Assembly (NCBI RefSeq): GCF_006345805.1
Contig: NC_043006.1
Coordinates: forward strand, 63,798,001 to 63,862,000
DNA: 64,000 bases
Direction of reading: 5' to 3'
Origin: Octopus sinensis
Lineage: Eukaryota
Shown here: piece after piece, positions 22,576 through 36,593 of the stretch
Position numbering within the stretch: position 1 is the first letter of the stretch
How the letters are laid out: the number at the start of each line of letters is the position of its first letter
Made by a program: the position numbers and the translations under genes
Notes under the pieces: generated by a model
Told to the model about the DNA's origin: nothing
Seen by the model: only the letters and a program-made list of their open reading frames with translations
Database searches by the model: none

Positions 22576-22906
22576 GGTTAATGTTTACAACTTGACCCGG
22601 AAACGAAAATCAGAGAAAAATAGTGCAATGGGTGTAAAAAAAATGTTTAGGAAACGAATAGGAAAAAAAAGATGCGCGCAAAGCAACAGGTGGGGGGAGG
22701 ACCTGGGAAAATTCACAAATCCGAGTTTTTTTCTCATAACTTTTAGGAAAATGGGGTTTTTTTCAATGAAATTTTATAGAAATACCTTTCAAACGGCATG
22801 CATTACGATTATAGAGAAATTTGTGGGGGAAATCTTTTCCAAGGGGGTGGGGAGAGGACTTCGGAAAATTCACAAGATCCGAGTTTTTCCCTTATAACTG
22901 GATATA

Positions 22907-22963
<57 letters not shown>

Positions 22964-23000
22964 GTATGTATGATGTATATAGATGTATGTATATAATATA

Positions 23001-23077
<77 letters not shown>

Positions 23078-23619
23078 ATAACGAGTGAATGAGAATAACG
23101 ACGGAAGGGTTTAAAAAGCGTAAAAATAATTGAAAATAAAATGAAACAAAATTGAAGCCAAAACATTAAAAATTATAGAAAGTGGGTAGAAACAAACACT
23201 ACGTAGTGTAGTAGTTCTACGCTAGGGTATCTGTAGAAAGTTGAATGTGATTTCGGAATATAACGAGGAAAAATTCGGATCTTGGGAATTTTCCGAAAGT
23301 CCTCTCCCCACCTCAAGATTTTACCCACAAATTACTTTACAATTGTAATGTATGCCGTTTGAAAGATATTTATATAAAATTTCATTGAAAAATAGAAACC
23401 CATTTTCCTAAAAGTTATGAGGGAAAAACTCGGATCTTGTGAATTTTCCGAGGTCCTCTCCCCACTCTCCCGTTGCTATGCGCGTATTTTTTTTTCATAT
23501 ACGTTTCCTGCTATGCGCGCATTTTTTTTTTCGACATACGTTTCCTACACACTTTTTTTACACCTGTTGCACTATTTTTTTCTGATTTTCCTTTCCGGGT
23601 CAATTTGTAAACATTAACC
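22576..23619. mobile_element. Foldback-like element 2 (same family as 6473-8014)
   Basis: Arms ~22576-22910 and ~23255-23619 inverted; perfect TSD GTATTTTG (22568-22575 / 23620-23627); (TA)n(GA)n spacer. Confidence 0.85.
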
Positions 23620-24359
23620 GTATTTTGTTATGCCTGTGATTGCATGAAACCAGTCAGTGGTCCAAATATGGTTGGAGACTGCTGTTAGATGACATCATCC
23701 AAGATACATTTTACCTGAAAATCATTACAAATAGATTGTCTTTGGTTATAAATCTGTTCAACCGGGGTTAACCTGGAGGTAAAGAATATCAACAACGACT
23801 AATATAACATTCACATGAGAGGCGGACGGATTATCAAAATATATTTGACGGACAAATTCTTTGCTGTGTTAAGTTACGTCCCTTTATATTCTTATTTCAA
23901 ATGCTGCCGCCAGGGTCGACCTTTGACTTTCCGTTCAAGACTAGATGTAATTAAAATACCAGTCAGGTGCTCTTGGGCCATTTTTTTTCGTAATCGACGT
24001 ATTATAGTTGTCGTTAATGATCAAAACCCAAACATAGTGGCTTTAATTAGATTTAAGATTGGAAAAATTGTTAAAAAGCAATTTCTTTTTCAACTATGAC
24101 AGTCAACACATATCGTTTGCAAACAATCCAAGTACGAATCTTTATAGGTTAGTTTTGTATATATTTAGTGATGTAACTTTGCGACTACGCGCACTCATAC
24201 ACATATCCATAGATAAGCACATATACATATGCATGTGTATAGGTATGCACGTATACATATGCATACTTACACACATTTACATATGTAACATTTATTGTTG
24301 ATCAAACATGCCAAAATGAAGTGTTGTTATCATAATAAATAAAACAATTCGAATTTACA

Positions 24360-24700
24360 TGCTGACTGGCCAGCTTTGTATAAACGTCGTCGTCCATCTC
24401 CATTTGCTCTCCCTCTCTTTCTTACTCTGACTCTCTTTATATCCTCCCTCAACCTTTAGAGGGCGGAGGACTATTCGATCTTATTTAAATTATTGATATT
24501 AATTTTTTTTTATTAAATAACTTAGATAAACCTCAACGTGATTCGTGGAATTTCTGGTAGAAGTCTTATACTTTATTAATTATTTTCCTAATAATCGTCC
24601 AATCAGAACCGGTGTTGTAAGTTGCCTCCTTCGAAAAAGGAAGTCAAGTAGGCTAACAAAACAAACACACCCAAGCAAAGCAAAAAAGAGAAATATAACA
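24360..24700 (+). promoter_or_regulatory. Candidate AVL9 promoter
   Basis: CCAATCAG box at 24599-24606 and ETS-like AGGAAGT at ~24638-24644, about 400-450 bp upstream of the ATG, in CpG-retaining sequence. Confidence 0.35.
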
Positions 24701-25053
24701 GAAAAATAATAAACAAAAGGAAAGAAAGAAGAGGAAAAACAAACCATATTACACTCACATCACACAGTTTCATGCATCACTGACGTTTACTGTGTGAGAC
24801 GGGGGGAAAACAAGATGTATGTTGTAAGACTCATAACATAACTTGACATATTCAGGGATTACATCGTAAAAAGAAGAATAATAATAACAATCAAGGGATT
24901 TGAATTGAAAAATTCCGACGGAGACTAAAAACGACGACAGCATCGAGGGGAAAAAATTATATTTATATTTCTTTTAATTGTTATTACCATAAGGAAAGAG
25001 AGAAGTACACAAGATGTCGACTTGAACAAGGCAAGGTACATTGGAAAAAAAAT

Positions 25054-25209
25054 ATGTCTTCGAAGAGTGGGGTGTCGTCTCCGGCCAGTGGCGACCAGGA
25101 TTACAACAGAGTTGGTGGCGGTGGCGTGGAAGATGATGACAGCAGGCGACGCAAAAACCCCATACTGCATGTTATTGTGGTGGGGTTTCATCACAAGAAG
25201 GGCTGCCAG
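25054..25209 (+). CDS. AVL9: AVL9 exon 1 (52 codons)
   Basis: MSSKSGVSSPASG...RKNPILHVIVVGFHHKKGCQ; the VVGFHHKKGCQ motif is the AVL9 N-terminus; CAG|GTGGGT donor. Confidence 0.9.
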
Positions 25210-25227
25210 GTGGGTAAAAAATATATT

Positions 25228-25262
<35 letters not shown>

Positions 25263-28200
25263 GTATATATAGTGTATATTACATATATATATTTCTGCGC
25301 ATGTGTTATTCGAAGGAAATAAACTTTAGTGACATGTAATGAAACCCTAACCCTGTTCACACCCAAATGTACACACGCATATGCGATTTTGTGTGCATGT
25401 ATTAAGGATTTTGTGTGTGTGTGTGTGTTAAATTGCAATAAAAAAACAGTTCTGCATTAAACAGACGGATTGTTCAATATCTTTTGTAGAGTACGTTTAT
25501 TTATCCACTTACAAGAATAGCGTTGACAGTGACATCGAAGTTTCGGTCTGCTTAGCCTTTATCAGTTATATATGTATGTATAATATTGCAAGACAAATCT
25601 ACGGCGATGTGATGGAGGGTGTAAGAAAGGGTGAAGATATAAGGCGGGACCATAAATAGGCGTGTGTGAAATTCATGTCTTTTTCGAGGGTATTTAATTA
25701 GAAGCAAAATAAACCCGGAATTCGATCCCTGTCATGAAATTAATTCTTCTCTATTAATGGATGTCTGTAGTGGTTTGTCTGATAACGATTAAGCATAAAT
25801 AAGGTCACGAGATGTCAGTAAGAGGCGGTGGTAGGATTGGGTGACATTCATGCATTACTTCAGTGCATTCACGAAGCAACAAGGGAGCTTCTTCAACCTG
25901 CTAGAAATAATAGCTAAATCACTCGCCCACCTCGCTTCCCGAAATCACACTACATTAAAAAAAAAAATGGCACATTGTAAAATGATTAAAAAGACGGAAT
26001 GGCCATGGCTGGTATGTCTTTTGATCATAGATCGTCTACTCGATCAAGACTGGCTTGGGACACGCAATTCAGCAAAGATGTTTTGGTGACAATCTTAGCA
26101 AACACCAGAAACTGAACTCAAGATTGCCGACTTGATATATTTAATGATGCTGGTTAACCCTGGGTCAGTCTTGATTGAAAGGCCGGAGATAATCCTGCTG
26201 TTTATTTATATATCTAGGATTACATCGTCTCATGTGTCCCTTCTTTTCTAAAAAATTGTGATTTCAGAGCTGCTATTTCTAGGAGGCAAGCTACTGTGTT
26301 GAGATTAGCCTGTGATATTTTTAAAAGTGATTTCGAACACAGGCACGAGGTTACAAATTTGGAGGAGTAAATTGTCGATAATATCGATCTAGTATTTAAC
26401 TGATATTTATATCTCGAATAATTCCAGAATGAAAGACAAAACGGTCCTTGCAGAAGAGAGAACGAGAATGCATAACATTTGTGAGTGTTCTCATTATTGT
26501 AATTTGTGGAGCAAACTGATTTGAATCGGGACTCGAAGCTGATGCACAGATTTATAGAAGGTGGCGAACTGACAGAATCGTTGGCACGTCGGACTAAATG
26601 TTTAGCGGCATTTCGTCCGTCTTACGTTCTGAGTTCAAATTCCGCCGAAGTCTACTTTGCCTTTCATCTTTTTGGGATCGATGAAATGAGTACCAGTTGA
26701 GTACTGGGGTCGATGTAATCGTCTACCTGCTTCCCCTAACTGTCAGGCTTTATTGAAAGGATTATTATTAAGGCGGCGGGCTAGCAGAATCATTGCCACG
26801 CCGGACAAAAGACTTAACGGAATTTCTTCCGGCTCTTTACGTTCTGAGTTCAAATTCCGCTGAGGTCGACTTTGCATTTGTCGATAAAATAAAGCGCCAA
26901 TTGAGTACTGAGGGCTATAAAATCGACTTATCCCTTCACCTAAAATTACTGGCTTTATGCCAAAATTTGAAATTTGGCGGCCCCAATTTTGTGCTTCTTC
27001 ACACCTGCGCTAGGGAGTAACTAACTGATCCGCTCGTCCCTTTCTCCCACGTGTGTGCGCGCGCGCGCACTTTATTTCATGATCCTTTGAAAAGTAATGT
27101 TTATTTATAGCTTTTCTTTTGTAATGGTGTTGTAGTTGTGTCTCGGTATTTAGGAGTGATATGAAAGACTGTATAGGTTTGTCAATGAACTTTGCACTTT
27201 CATATGTCTAAGAGGTTTTCCTTTTTGTGTATTTGTATTTCGTTGTTGGGTTGGTTGGTCTATGGAAATAATGTGATCATGTATTTATGTTCTAGTGATT
27301 TATTAGTGAGCCAGGCCGCAATAGTTGTCATTTCGCTGCAGACCAGTTCTAATCTAGTAGATCTTGTTACCCAAGTCATTCCAATTGAGACCACTCCGTC
27401 TTTGTGCATTGTCTAATGTACTCTACTTTTCTGTGACGGAAGTATATGTTTCGAGAGAAATTTGACTTCTATTTAAAACGAGAATGCGTATAGGTTTCGC
27501 CACTGGGCTGTTGAACTTCATCGAGAAAAACCTACAACTAAAGACATTGCAATCGTGACTTGATAGAGCTATGTGTAAGACTATACGATCTAATCTGCTC
27601 TTTTCCTGTTTATAACAATAGGGAGTGATTCGACAACTCTTACGCGCAGATCAAAGACTATGTACATGCAACCTCGCTGAGTTGTCCTTGTTTAGTGCCT
27701 GATCGAGCAGACTTAAGATTAAAGGCAATCCAGTCTTTCCTATATACAGGAAACCCACTACCACACTCTCCATCCCTTTCTAAAACTGTGAGTTGAAGGA
27801 CATTAGACCGCTATCTCTAGCATGTAGCAGAGCCCTCGTTTACGTTGTTGATGCTCTCCTGTTATGCAATGATGCCTAACAACCAACTACATAAGGTATC
27901 GAACTTGTTTGGCCTTTGCAGACGCTTAAAATAGATCTCGCGGCCCGGATACGGACAATTATTCCTTAAAAATCCTAATCATAATGTAAGGCAAAATAAA
28001 TGGGTGAAGGGGTTAATATACATTACCTTAACTTTATTGACAATGCAGAAGAGAAATATGAGGTGTGTGTAAGTTTTGTGTACAGAGATGTGTAGAAGAA
28101 ACTTAGCTACATGATAATTTGGTTAGTTAACGTCGTAAAGTGAGAACGAATATAGAAATTAAAATCAATGCATTACACTTCTTGAGAATAACCAAGGCTT

Positions 28201-28269
28201 GATGGAAAGCTTGCTCTGTTTCAGCTCCAAAATCTCTCAATGTCGTTCATCTCACTGGAAGTGAGAATT

Positions 28270-28460
28270 TACATTAAAAAAAAACAAACCAAGACGGGTG
28301 TGTAAACAACAAACAGATGTATTAGTTTAACGCTCGGGAAGTGAGAAAGTCTTTTACGTTTCGAGCCTACGCTCTTCGACAGAAAGGAACACAGAAATAA
28401 ACAGGGAGAGAAAATAGAAAAAGGTTTAGTGGCTAACGATCTCTCGTGGCGAATCACTGG
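28270..28460 (-). mobile_element. Penelope pLTR-like fragment with hammerhead-like motif
   Basis: Minus strand reads CTGTCGA-A-GAGC-GTAG-GCTC-GAAACGTA; family assignment is by resemblance only. Confidence 0.4.
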
Positions 28461-31400
28461 AACCCAGTCGAACGAACATGTATCTTCTATCTTTTATACT
28501 TGTTTCAGTCATCGGACTGCGACCATACTGGGGCACCGCCTTGAAGGGTTTTAGTCCAACAAATCGACCCCAGTGCTTCTTTTTCATTAAGTCTGGTATT
28601 TATTCTGTCGGTGTCTTTTTGCCGAACCGCTTAGTTACGGGGACATAAACCTACACCAAGGGGTGGTGGGGGAAAACACACACACACACACACAACTAGC
28701 TTCCACAGCTTCCGTCAACCAAATCCACTCACAAAGCTACGATAGAAGGCATGTGTCCAATTTGCCGCGTGTTGGGACTGAACCCGAAACCACATGGTTG
28801 CAAAGCGGGCTTCTTAACAACACAGCCATGTCGGCGCCTGGATTTCTAATAAATTTGGCAGGGAGGACTTTGTTGTCGACGTGTTTAATCAGAGATAAAT
28901 GGGGAAATAGGAAATATCGTTAATATCTAAATTCCCAAACTTCTTTTTCATTGATTGAAATAGCAAAAGATGCTGTAATGTGCACTGATTTCACTTATCG
29001 GAACCAGTGACACTCCATTTTACTGAGTGTGTTTAAAATTATGAAAATATTGACTGTATCCTTCTGAAAATGGACCTTTGCACCCGAAATATAAAGGTTT
29101 TTTAAACTTCCTGTATTGTTAGAGGCTTTCCTCATTTCTCAATTTATTATTCTAAAAAAATACTATTTATTTTATATTAAATTGACTCGGGACCCGCACT
29201 CCACATTGCCGAGGGCCGTATGTTTGATACCTTTGTGTTATTTAATGCCATATCCGACTCTTTACGTTCTGAGTTCAAACCCTGCCGAGGCCAACTTTGC
29301 CTTTCGTCCTTTTGTGGTAATAAAACAAAGTACCAATCAAATATTGAGGTTGATGGTATCGACTGACGCCCTCCCCCCCCTCAAGCTTCTGACCCTGTGT
29401 CCTAAATTAGAAGAAGTTATTTTATATCTTTCGTAATAAAGGAGGATGACATTTCATGCGCGCCCGCACATACATACATAGCGAATTGACAAGCCATTTT
29501 ATGGCAGCAACTAACTGCATTTTTCTTTATCGATATCTTAATATATTTTATCGACGAGCCAATATGTTGTCTTTCCATATGCTTGATACAATAACTACTT
29601 CGAGCTATTTACGTTGTTGCTCGATTTACTTGAAGTAGTAGTCAGAACTCTCTTAAAAGTACAACCGACTGTCTTGAAAAAAAGACATAACAGTACACAT
29701 CGAATTTCTTTATTCCATGGTACACTATGCCTGCAGAAAAATCGATATGATCACGCCTGAGATACTTTTGTTTATACATCTGCTCAAACAGAGACAGCTT
29801 GGGGTTAAAAGCAACAGCAAGACAAAATTGAATGCAATAAGTGTTGATATTGTAACTCGTCTGTCTTTACGTTCTGAGTTCAAATTCCGCCGAGGTCGAC
29901 TCTGCCGTTCATTCTTTCGGGATCGATAAATTAAGTACCAGTTGCGTACTGGGGTCGATCTAATCGACTGTCCCTTTCCCCCAAAATTTCGGGCCTTGTG
30001 TCTAAAGTAGAAAAGGATATTCTAACGTTTCTAGAATACAACTGGAAAATAAAAGCTTGGTTTTTAATATTTGTCATGAAATATGTAATCTCCAATAGTA
30101 TCGTGCCAGCCACTTGTCTTGTTAACGTTAATGGTATTATCATATTTACTCGTCTGTAGGTCTCTCCCTTCATTTAGTGTTAAACCTTGGCACCATAGTT
30201 TTCCCGGTAGTTCCAGCGTATAAGTCGCATCTCAGGTTGTTGTTTTTTTTTATACATGAATAAATACGGTGTTTTTTTCTTCTCTTCATTATATTTATGG
30301 AATTTTAATTGATAAAAATTTTGCTTGGGTTACGTTACGTATGTTAACCCATCCCTTCTATCTTATTCCATATGTTTGCATATTTTGCGGTCGTTTTAAG
30401 TCCACTAGTATGGTGAATAATGCTGACTGGATACACTGAAGAACTGTGTGCGTTGTGTGTGTGTGTAACAATTATGGATTAAATATTTATTCACTCTCAG
30501 ATTTATCATTGAGTTCTTTATTCCCAACGGTTTAGACATGGCTTCTTTGGACTGATCACTCCTTGGAATATGCATATTCACAGACGACAACATACGCTGG
30601 TGTGTTGCCAAGTACTTAGCAAAGTCGCATTGGTGGCTGCCAACTTAATGCTGTCAGCTGAAGGTTTACCTGTTTCTTTGGAATGGTCGTGATTATAAAA
30701 TAATGGCGTGTCTTTTAGTACTGTTGTAAACCCACGTATCTTTTATTCCAGATATCTCATTTTTCAGCCAAGCAACACATTTAATGCGAAAATTTTAATT
30801 TTCGTTTATTTTATGTTACTTTCATTCGTTTCGGTCATTGAAGTGCGGCCATGATGGAGCACCGCCTTGAAGGATTTTAGTCAAACAAATTGATCCACAC
30901 ACACACACACACACACACTCGTTTTTGTTTTTTTAATCTGGTACATATTGTAACGGTTTCATTTGTCGAACCACGAAGTTACGGGAACGTAAACAAACCC
31001 ATACCTGCTGTCAACATAGACACACCTAAATATATATACACACACACATGCACACACACACTCTATGGGCTTCCACAGTTTCTGTCTACCGAATTCACTT
31101 ACAAGGCACTGATCGATCAGGGGTTTTAGTAGTGGGCACTTGTCCAAGGTGCCGCGCAGTGGGACTGAACCCAAAACCACGTGGTTGTAAAACTAGATTC
31201 TTAACCACATAACCATGCCTGCAATTAATCATTAACCTACAATGTAACCAGAATTATATAATAAGTATGGACTATATGGATTAAAAAGTCACAAAAGGAT
31301 GACTACACAATGGTTTGGATTCGTAAAACGTTGACAGCATATTAGGGCCTCCATCGGTCAAAGATGACCATTCATCTGCTCTTTATGGGTAAACCTGAAT

Positions 31401-33922
31401 AAGATTTAATCTTTTTTGGTTTTTGAGAAGGACAAGCAGTTTCTTATTTCTTATGTACACTCGTCTCCCTTCGCGATACCAAATTTTATTCAATATAAAG
31501 CCAATGACTTGAACCAATACAACACCAGGTGTCGTTGCAGGCTTTGTTGTCAGAAGGCAATGTGAGCTGGAATAGATATTGTATGGCATCTTTGCCTGAC
31601 ACTTTAACAGTTCTACTGACCCACCACCTTGAGTTGGTTCTTTCAATTTTATAGATTCCCAAAAGGATGAAAGAATATGTTCCGACTCTGCACTGAGATT
31701 TGAACTCGAAGCGCAAAGTCCAAACAAATATCACAGCACATTCTATCTTATGCTCTAACAAAACTGTCACTATTTAAAATTGAAACAGAATAATTTTCTG
31801 ACTCTGCTGTTTTGTTTTGTTTTGGAAGGCTGAGATGACACTCTGCATCAAGGGGTTAATTACACTGGTGTTGGCTGAGTTGATATTGTGTAGTGACGGT
31901 TCAGCCTTGCACAGAGATGGCTAAATCTTGTGTGACGTACAAATCCATCACTCTGGATATTCCATGCTTGTATCTGGTTGATAACCACAGCAACGGCCAT
32001 TTTTAGATTTTGGGTGCTCACAAGTCCTGGTGCTGTACTGAATTAGTGGGCATCCAATTCCATTGAACTATGACGAAATTGTATTATTAATGGGTCTCAT
32101 TGCTGCAGTACTCCTAGCACCTACTGGAACTTACCTCAGCACTCTGTGAGAAGTCTGTTGCATTTCTTCTACCTTGTTTACTGGTGTATGTCTGAAAACC
32201 CTCATAGCAACCTTAGTGGAGGTAAGGAAGCTGGGGGTCAAGGCGAGGAGTAGTTAGTATTAGTTTGTTGTCACTTAACTCAGATCAATCATAATCGAGC
32301 AGACATATCCTCAAAGGCATTCCATTCATGGCCATACCATCTTAAACCTTTGCCTGTCCAAATCATTTTCATAAGTTTGTCATAAATGTCCATTCTTGTT
32401 TCCAGACTTTTAGTCAGCCAGTTTCATATGTTCTGGAGTAATATAAAGTTTTCCTTTCATAAGTCACCAAATTAGTTTGGTAAAAAAAAAAATTTGGAAT
32501 GATTAAGATATGATACATGGATGCCAGAGGGATATGTTTTAACACATGTCACAGGACAGGGAAGCAGTTATGGAGAAGACACATGGAATAATTGTTTCTT
32601 TTGGACCATTATCCTTTGTGTCTTCTCTTTAATATGGTGGAGTGTGATATGAGGGAAATTTATCTACTATTTCTTCCGACTAGGTTAAACCAATGCTCCG
32701 CAACCTTTTTTAACTTGCAGTACACTTATTTTCGTTTCAAAATTTGGCAGTACACCTGAACTAATTGTTTAGGGGAAAAAATTATATTCAGGTCACACTA
32801 TGGCACACCTAGCTCTAGGTTAAATGACAGCTGAGATACTCTCTTTACATTGTGTCCACTAGTTAGTCGCCTCCAAGTTACCCACCCATACATGTCATAC
32901 CAGCACGATCTTTTGATCTCAAGCACACTTCTGTTAGAAATAAAATTAATCAACAAATTGTTCAACCTGTTTTAGAAACTGCCAGATTTCCTTCAAATGA
33001 CATCCTGCTGTCTTAAAATCTGAAATGACCCATTACTCAATGTGGTTTTAGAAGATGGTATCCGCAGATCACACAAGTTCAACAAACTCTGTGTAGTTTG
33101 CAAAGTCATACACACAGCATAAAGACACTGTCAAAGCTGATACTTCTTGACCTGAATTTAATGACTCATACACAGTTATGTCTGAGTCAGTCTGTATGCT
33201 TTGTGCTTGTTAGAAGTGAACAGAAATTAAGTCACAGGCAATAAATTCACAGGGACAAGTCAGAAAGAAAAATTTAAGTTATATTTCAATTAACTTAGAC
33301 ATTTAGTTACTGTAATTAAACGAATAATATTTGAAGTGGCATATTCACAGACAACTACATAACTTATACACATTGACAACACTATAATGGCTTCACATGT
33401 GTGAAAATATGTTTTGTTCAATATCTTAAAATGGACTCCAACACAGCAAAAAACAGGATGTGTATGTGTGTGTGTTAGCCAAAAGAAATTGTTTGTTTAA
33501 GTAACACATTGTCCTCGATAAAATCAATCTACAACAAAAGAACTTTGAGAAACCAATTAATCAATTTATTTATTAACTAAATATTTAATTGATAATAAAA
33601 CTGAAATACAGCCTGTGGATATGTTTTAACTGGCAGTATAGTTCTCTCACTATCTATTCCACATCACTGATTTCTTCAATTTGGATCAGTTGGTACTTTT
33701 TACCCAACTATAGTCCTTTGTTCTCAGCAGTTTTCACTCAGGCTGATGCCTCTAATACCTAGTTTTTCTCTCAGCTCATTCAATTCTATATCATCCATGA
33801 CACATACAACAGAACACACTCACCTCATTTCTTTCTAGCCTTGACACATCTTTTGCTAAATTGCACTTCATATACAAGCATCAATATGTAATATGTGTGT
33901 GTGTTTGTATTAGCATACATAT

Positions 33923-34790
33923 ACAGAGTGCAGTGAATAAAGTGTCGTCTAAATTACACGCAAATGAAAATAACACTGACATCTCATTTTAACAGATATA
34001 TTTACCAAAATTACATAAAAATATTTCAAAATACTAAAGAGTAAATTTATTTAATAAAATCACCATTGACTTCAACCATGGCCTCCAGATGACTTTAGAA
34101 TTTCTTGCAACTCTTCTGGACAGTCTCCTTGTTTAAGTTGGTAAATGCTGCCATAATCCTTGCCTTCAGTTCATCTTTGGTGTTATAATTTTTGTTAGTC
34201 TCTTGCTCAACTGTGCTCCGCACGTAATAATTAAGGGGGTTGCAGACGAGAAGTTAGGTGGCCAGATGTTAGGGCTGATGTGGTCGCAGAAATTGTCTGA
34301 CAGCTATGACTGGGTTCTCCTACTTGTGTGACATGGTGCAGAGTCCTGTTACCAGACATAGGGTCTTCCAGCAGCAACCCTTATGACCCAGAGCAGCACT
34401 ACCTCCTCCAGGTACTTGATGTAGGCCTCCATGTTGAGTCTGAGGCCATGTGGAAGGATGAATGGAAGCATAACATTGCCCTCACTAGTGATCACTCCAA
34501 ACACCATGATGTTGACTGGATGTTTGATTTTTATCACGCTCGGTACATGTCCTCAGATTGATACCCAAATACTCTGAAATGTTCATATTGGAGCTTCCAA
34601 AGCAAATGCCAAGTAGTACATCGTCATTTCCAAATTTCTGGTAGATGAATTGTGTCATGGTGCTGTTTTCTCACAGACAGTGCCCAACTGACCCTATTGT
34701 ACTATGTAGTCAACAAAATCAAAAATAAAACAATGCACATGCACTAAATTAAAAATATAAAATGGCAACAATTTACCCATCACACCCCAT
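33923..34790 (-). mobile_element. Decayed Tc1/mariner transposase (C-terminal DDD region)
   Basis: IMVFGVITSEG...PYVW-QQDSAPCHTS...IWPPNFSSANPLNYY reading with stops; degenerate TIRs at both ends. Confidence 0.8.
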
Positions 34791-35392
34791 ATGTATTTGT
34801 TTCAAATTTTGGCACAAGGCCAGCAAGTTTGGGGGAGGAGATAAGCCAATTACATTGACCCCAGTTCTCAACTGGTGCTTATTTACATAAATATATCTTA
34901 ATAACAAACAAGCATAGTTAGGTGCGGACATGGCTGTGTGGTAAGATGTTTGCTTCTCAACCACATGGTTCTGAGTTTGGTCCCATTCCATGGCACCTTG
35001 AATAAGTGCCTTCTACTATAGGCCTTTGGCCCACCAAAGTTTTGTGAGTGGATTTGGTTGCAGGAATCTGTAACAATTATAAACAGGGCAAAATGATGAA
35101 CAACCTTAATCAATTTTCAAACCTTATTGGGTTCACATCAGAGCCATCCACATCATTCTGACAGTCTCCAGAGAAACAAGCAGCTAAACTGTTTATATAC
35201 TCAACAAATTTAAGCAGTTACTCTATGAAGGGGTCCCTAATTTGCATACTGAAAGTGTTTAACACTCTGTAAATACCATCAGCCTGTCAATGGGGATCTT
35301 AGTCCACACAGTATCAAGGTATGCTATAATAAATATGTAGCATATGATATAATTATAAATATACATACATGTGTTTGTGTGTGTGTGTGTGT

Positions 35393-35425
<33 letters not shown>

Positions 35426-36557
35426 GCTACTTGTGAATCCACCACAGATTGCTTCATTCATTGCACGACCTGAAAGCCTTCACACCTCCTGAATTTTAGT
35501 TAATGTGTACAAGGGTTGATGTTACTGTGCTGATATGGACTTGTGATGAAAGCCTGTTGACACTTCCTTGGTGTAATAGTGTTGACAATGAAAGGTACAA
35601 TTGACAAAAGACTTGATACAGACATGTGCAATTCATATCTAAAAATTTTTCCAAAAGAGCAAAATTTCTAAAATCAAATATTTAACCTTTTAGCAGTCTC
35701 ATTTCTCTCTCAAATATAATATTTATTTATTCACATTAGTTTCAAGTAATCGTGCATTTTTGTGGCTTTGAGGTTTAAATGATATGATTGTTTAATTTTA
35801 GAATGACATTGTAGAGTAAGTATGAGAGGTCAGATCTGGCCAGTTCGAACATACAAGAGGCAGAATATTTTGACCTGATATGACTGGTTTAAATGTTAAA
35901 GGTATCATCATCGTTTAACATCTGCTTTCCATGCTGGCATGGGTTGGACAGTTTGACTGGGGACTGGCAAGCCAGGAGGTCACATCAGGCTCCAATCTGA
36001 TCTGGCAATGTTTCTACAGCTTGATGCCCTTTCTAATGCCAACCACTCCAAGAGTGTAATGGGTGCTTTTTACGTGCTACCAATACAGGAGCCAGTCAGG
36101 CAGCACTGGCATCGGCCATGTTTGGATGGTGCTTTTTACGTGCTACCGGCAAAGGAACCAGTCAGGTGGCACCGGCAACAACCCACGCATCAATAGTGCT
36201 TATTGTATCCCACCAGCATGGGAGCTGTCAGTTTTATTTCTGTTGAGGAATCATTGAATGCTAAATTAAAAAAAGAAAACCACTTTGGATGTCCAAGCAT
36301 TTATAGATGCCAAGATACCAGAATAGCCACAGGAACTATCTACCAATCAATCACAGAAGCTATCTATTATTGATCAATTCGTATAAAGCAACAAGTTGGT
36401 AGAAACATTACCATGCTGGACAAAATGCTTCATGGCATTTTCTTCATCTTAAAGTTCTGGATTCAAATGCTGCCAAAGTGAACTTTGCCATTTATTCTTT
36501 CAGAGTCAATAAAATAAGTACCTGTTGAGCACTGGGGTCAAAGGTATTAATTCCCCC

Positions 36558-36593
<36 letters not shown>

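Noticed and set aside
22798-23166. Poly-IY / poly-HT / poly-LS ORFs
   Set aside because: Dinucleotide microsatellite translations.
35540-35620. Intronic C/D box snoRNA
   Set aside because: C-box-like TGTGATGA present but no properly placed CTGA D box or terminal stem seen.
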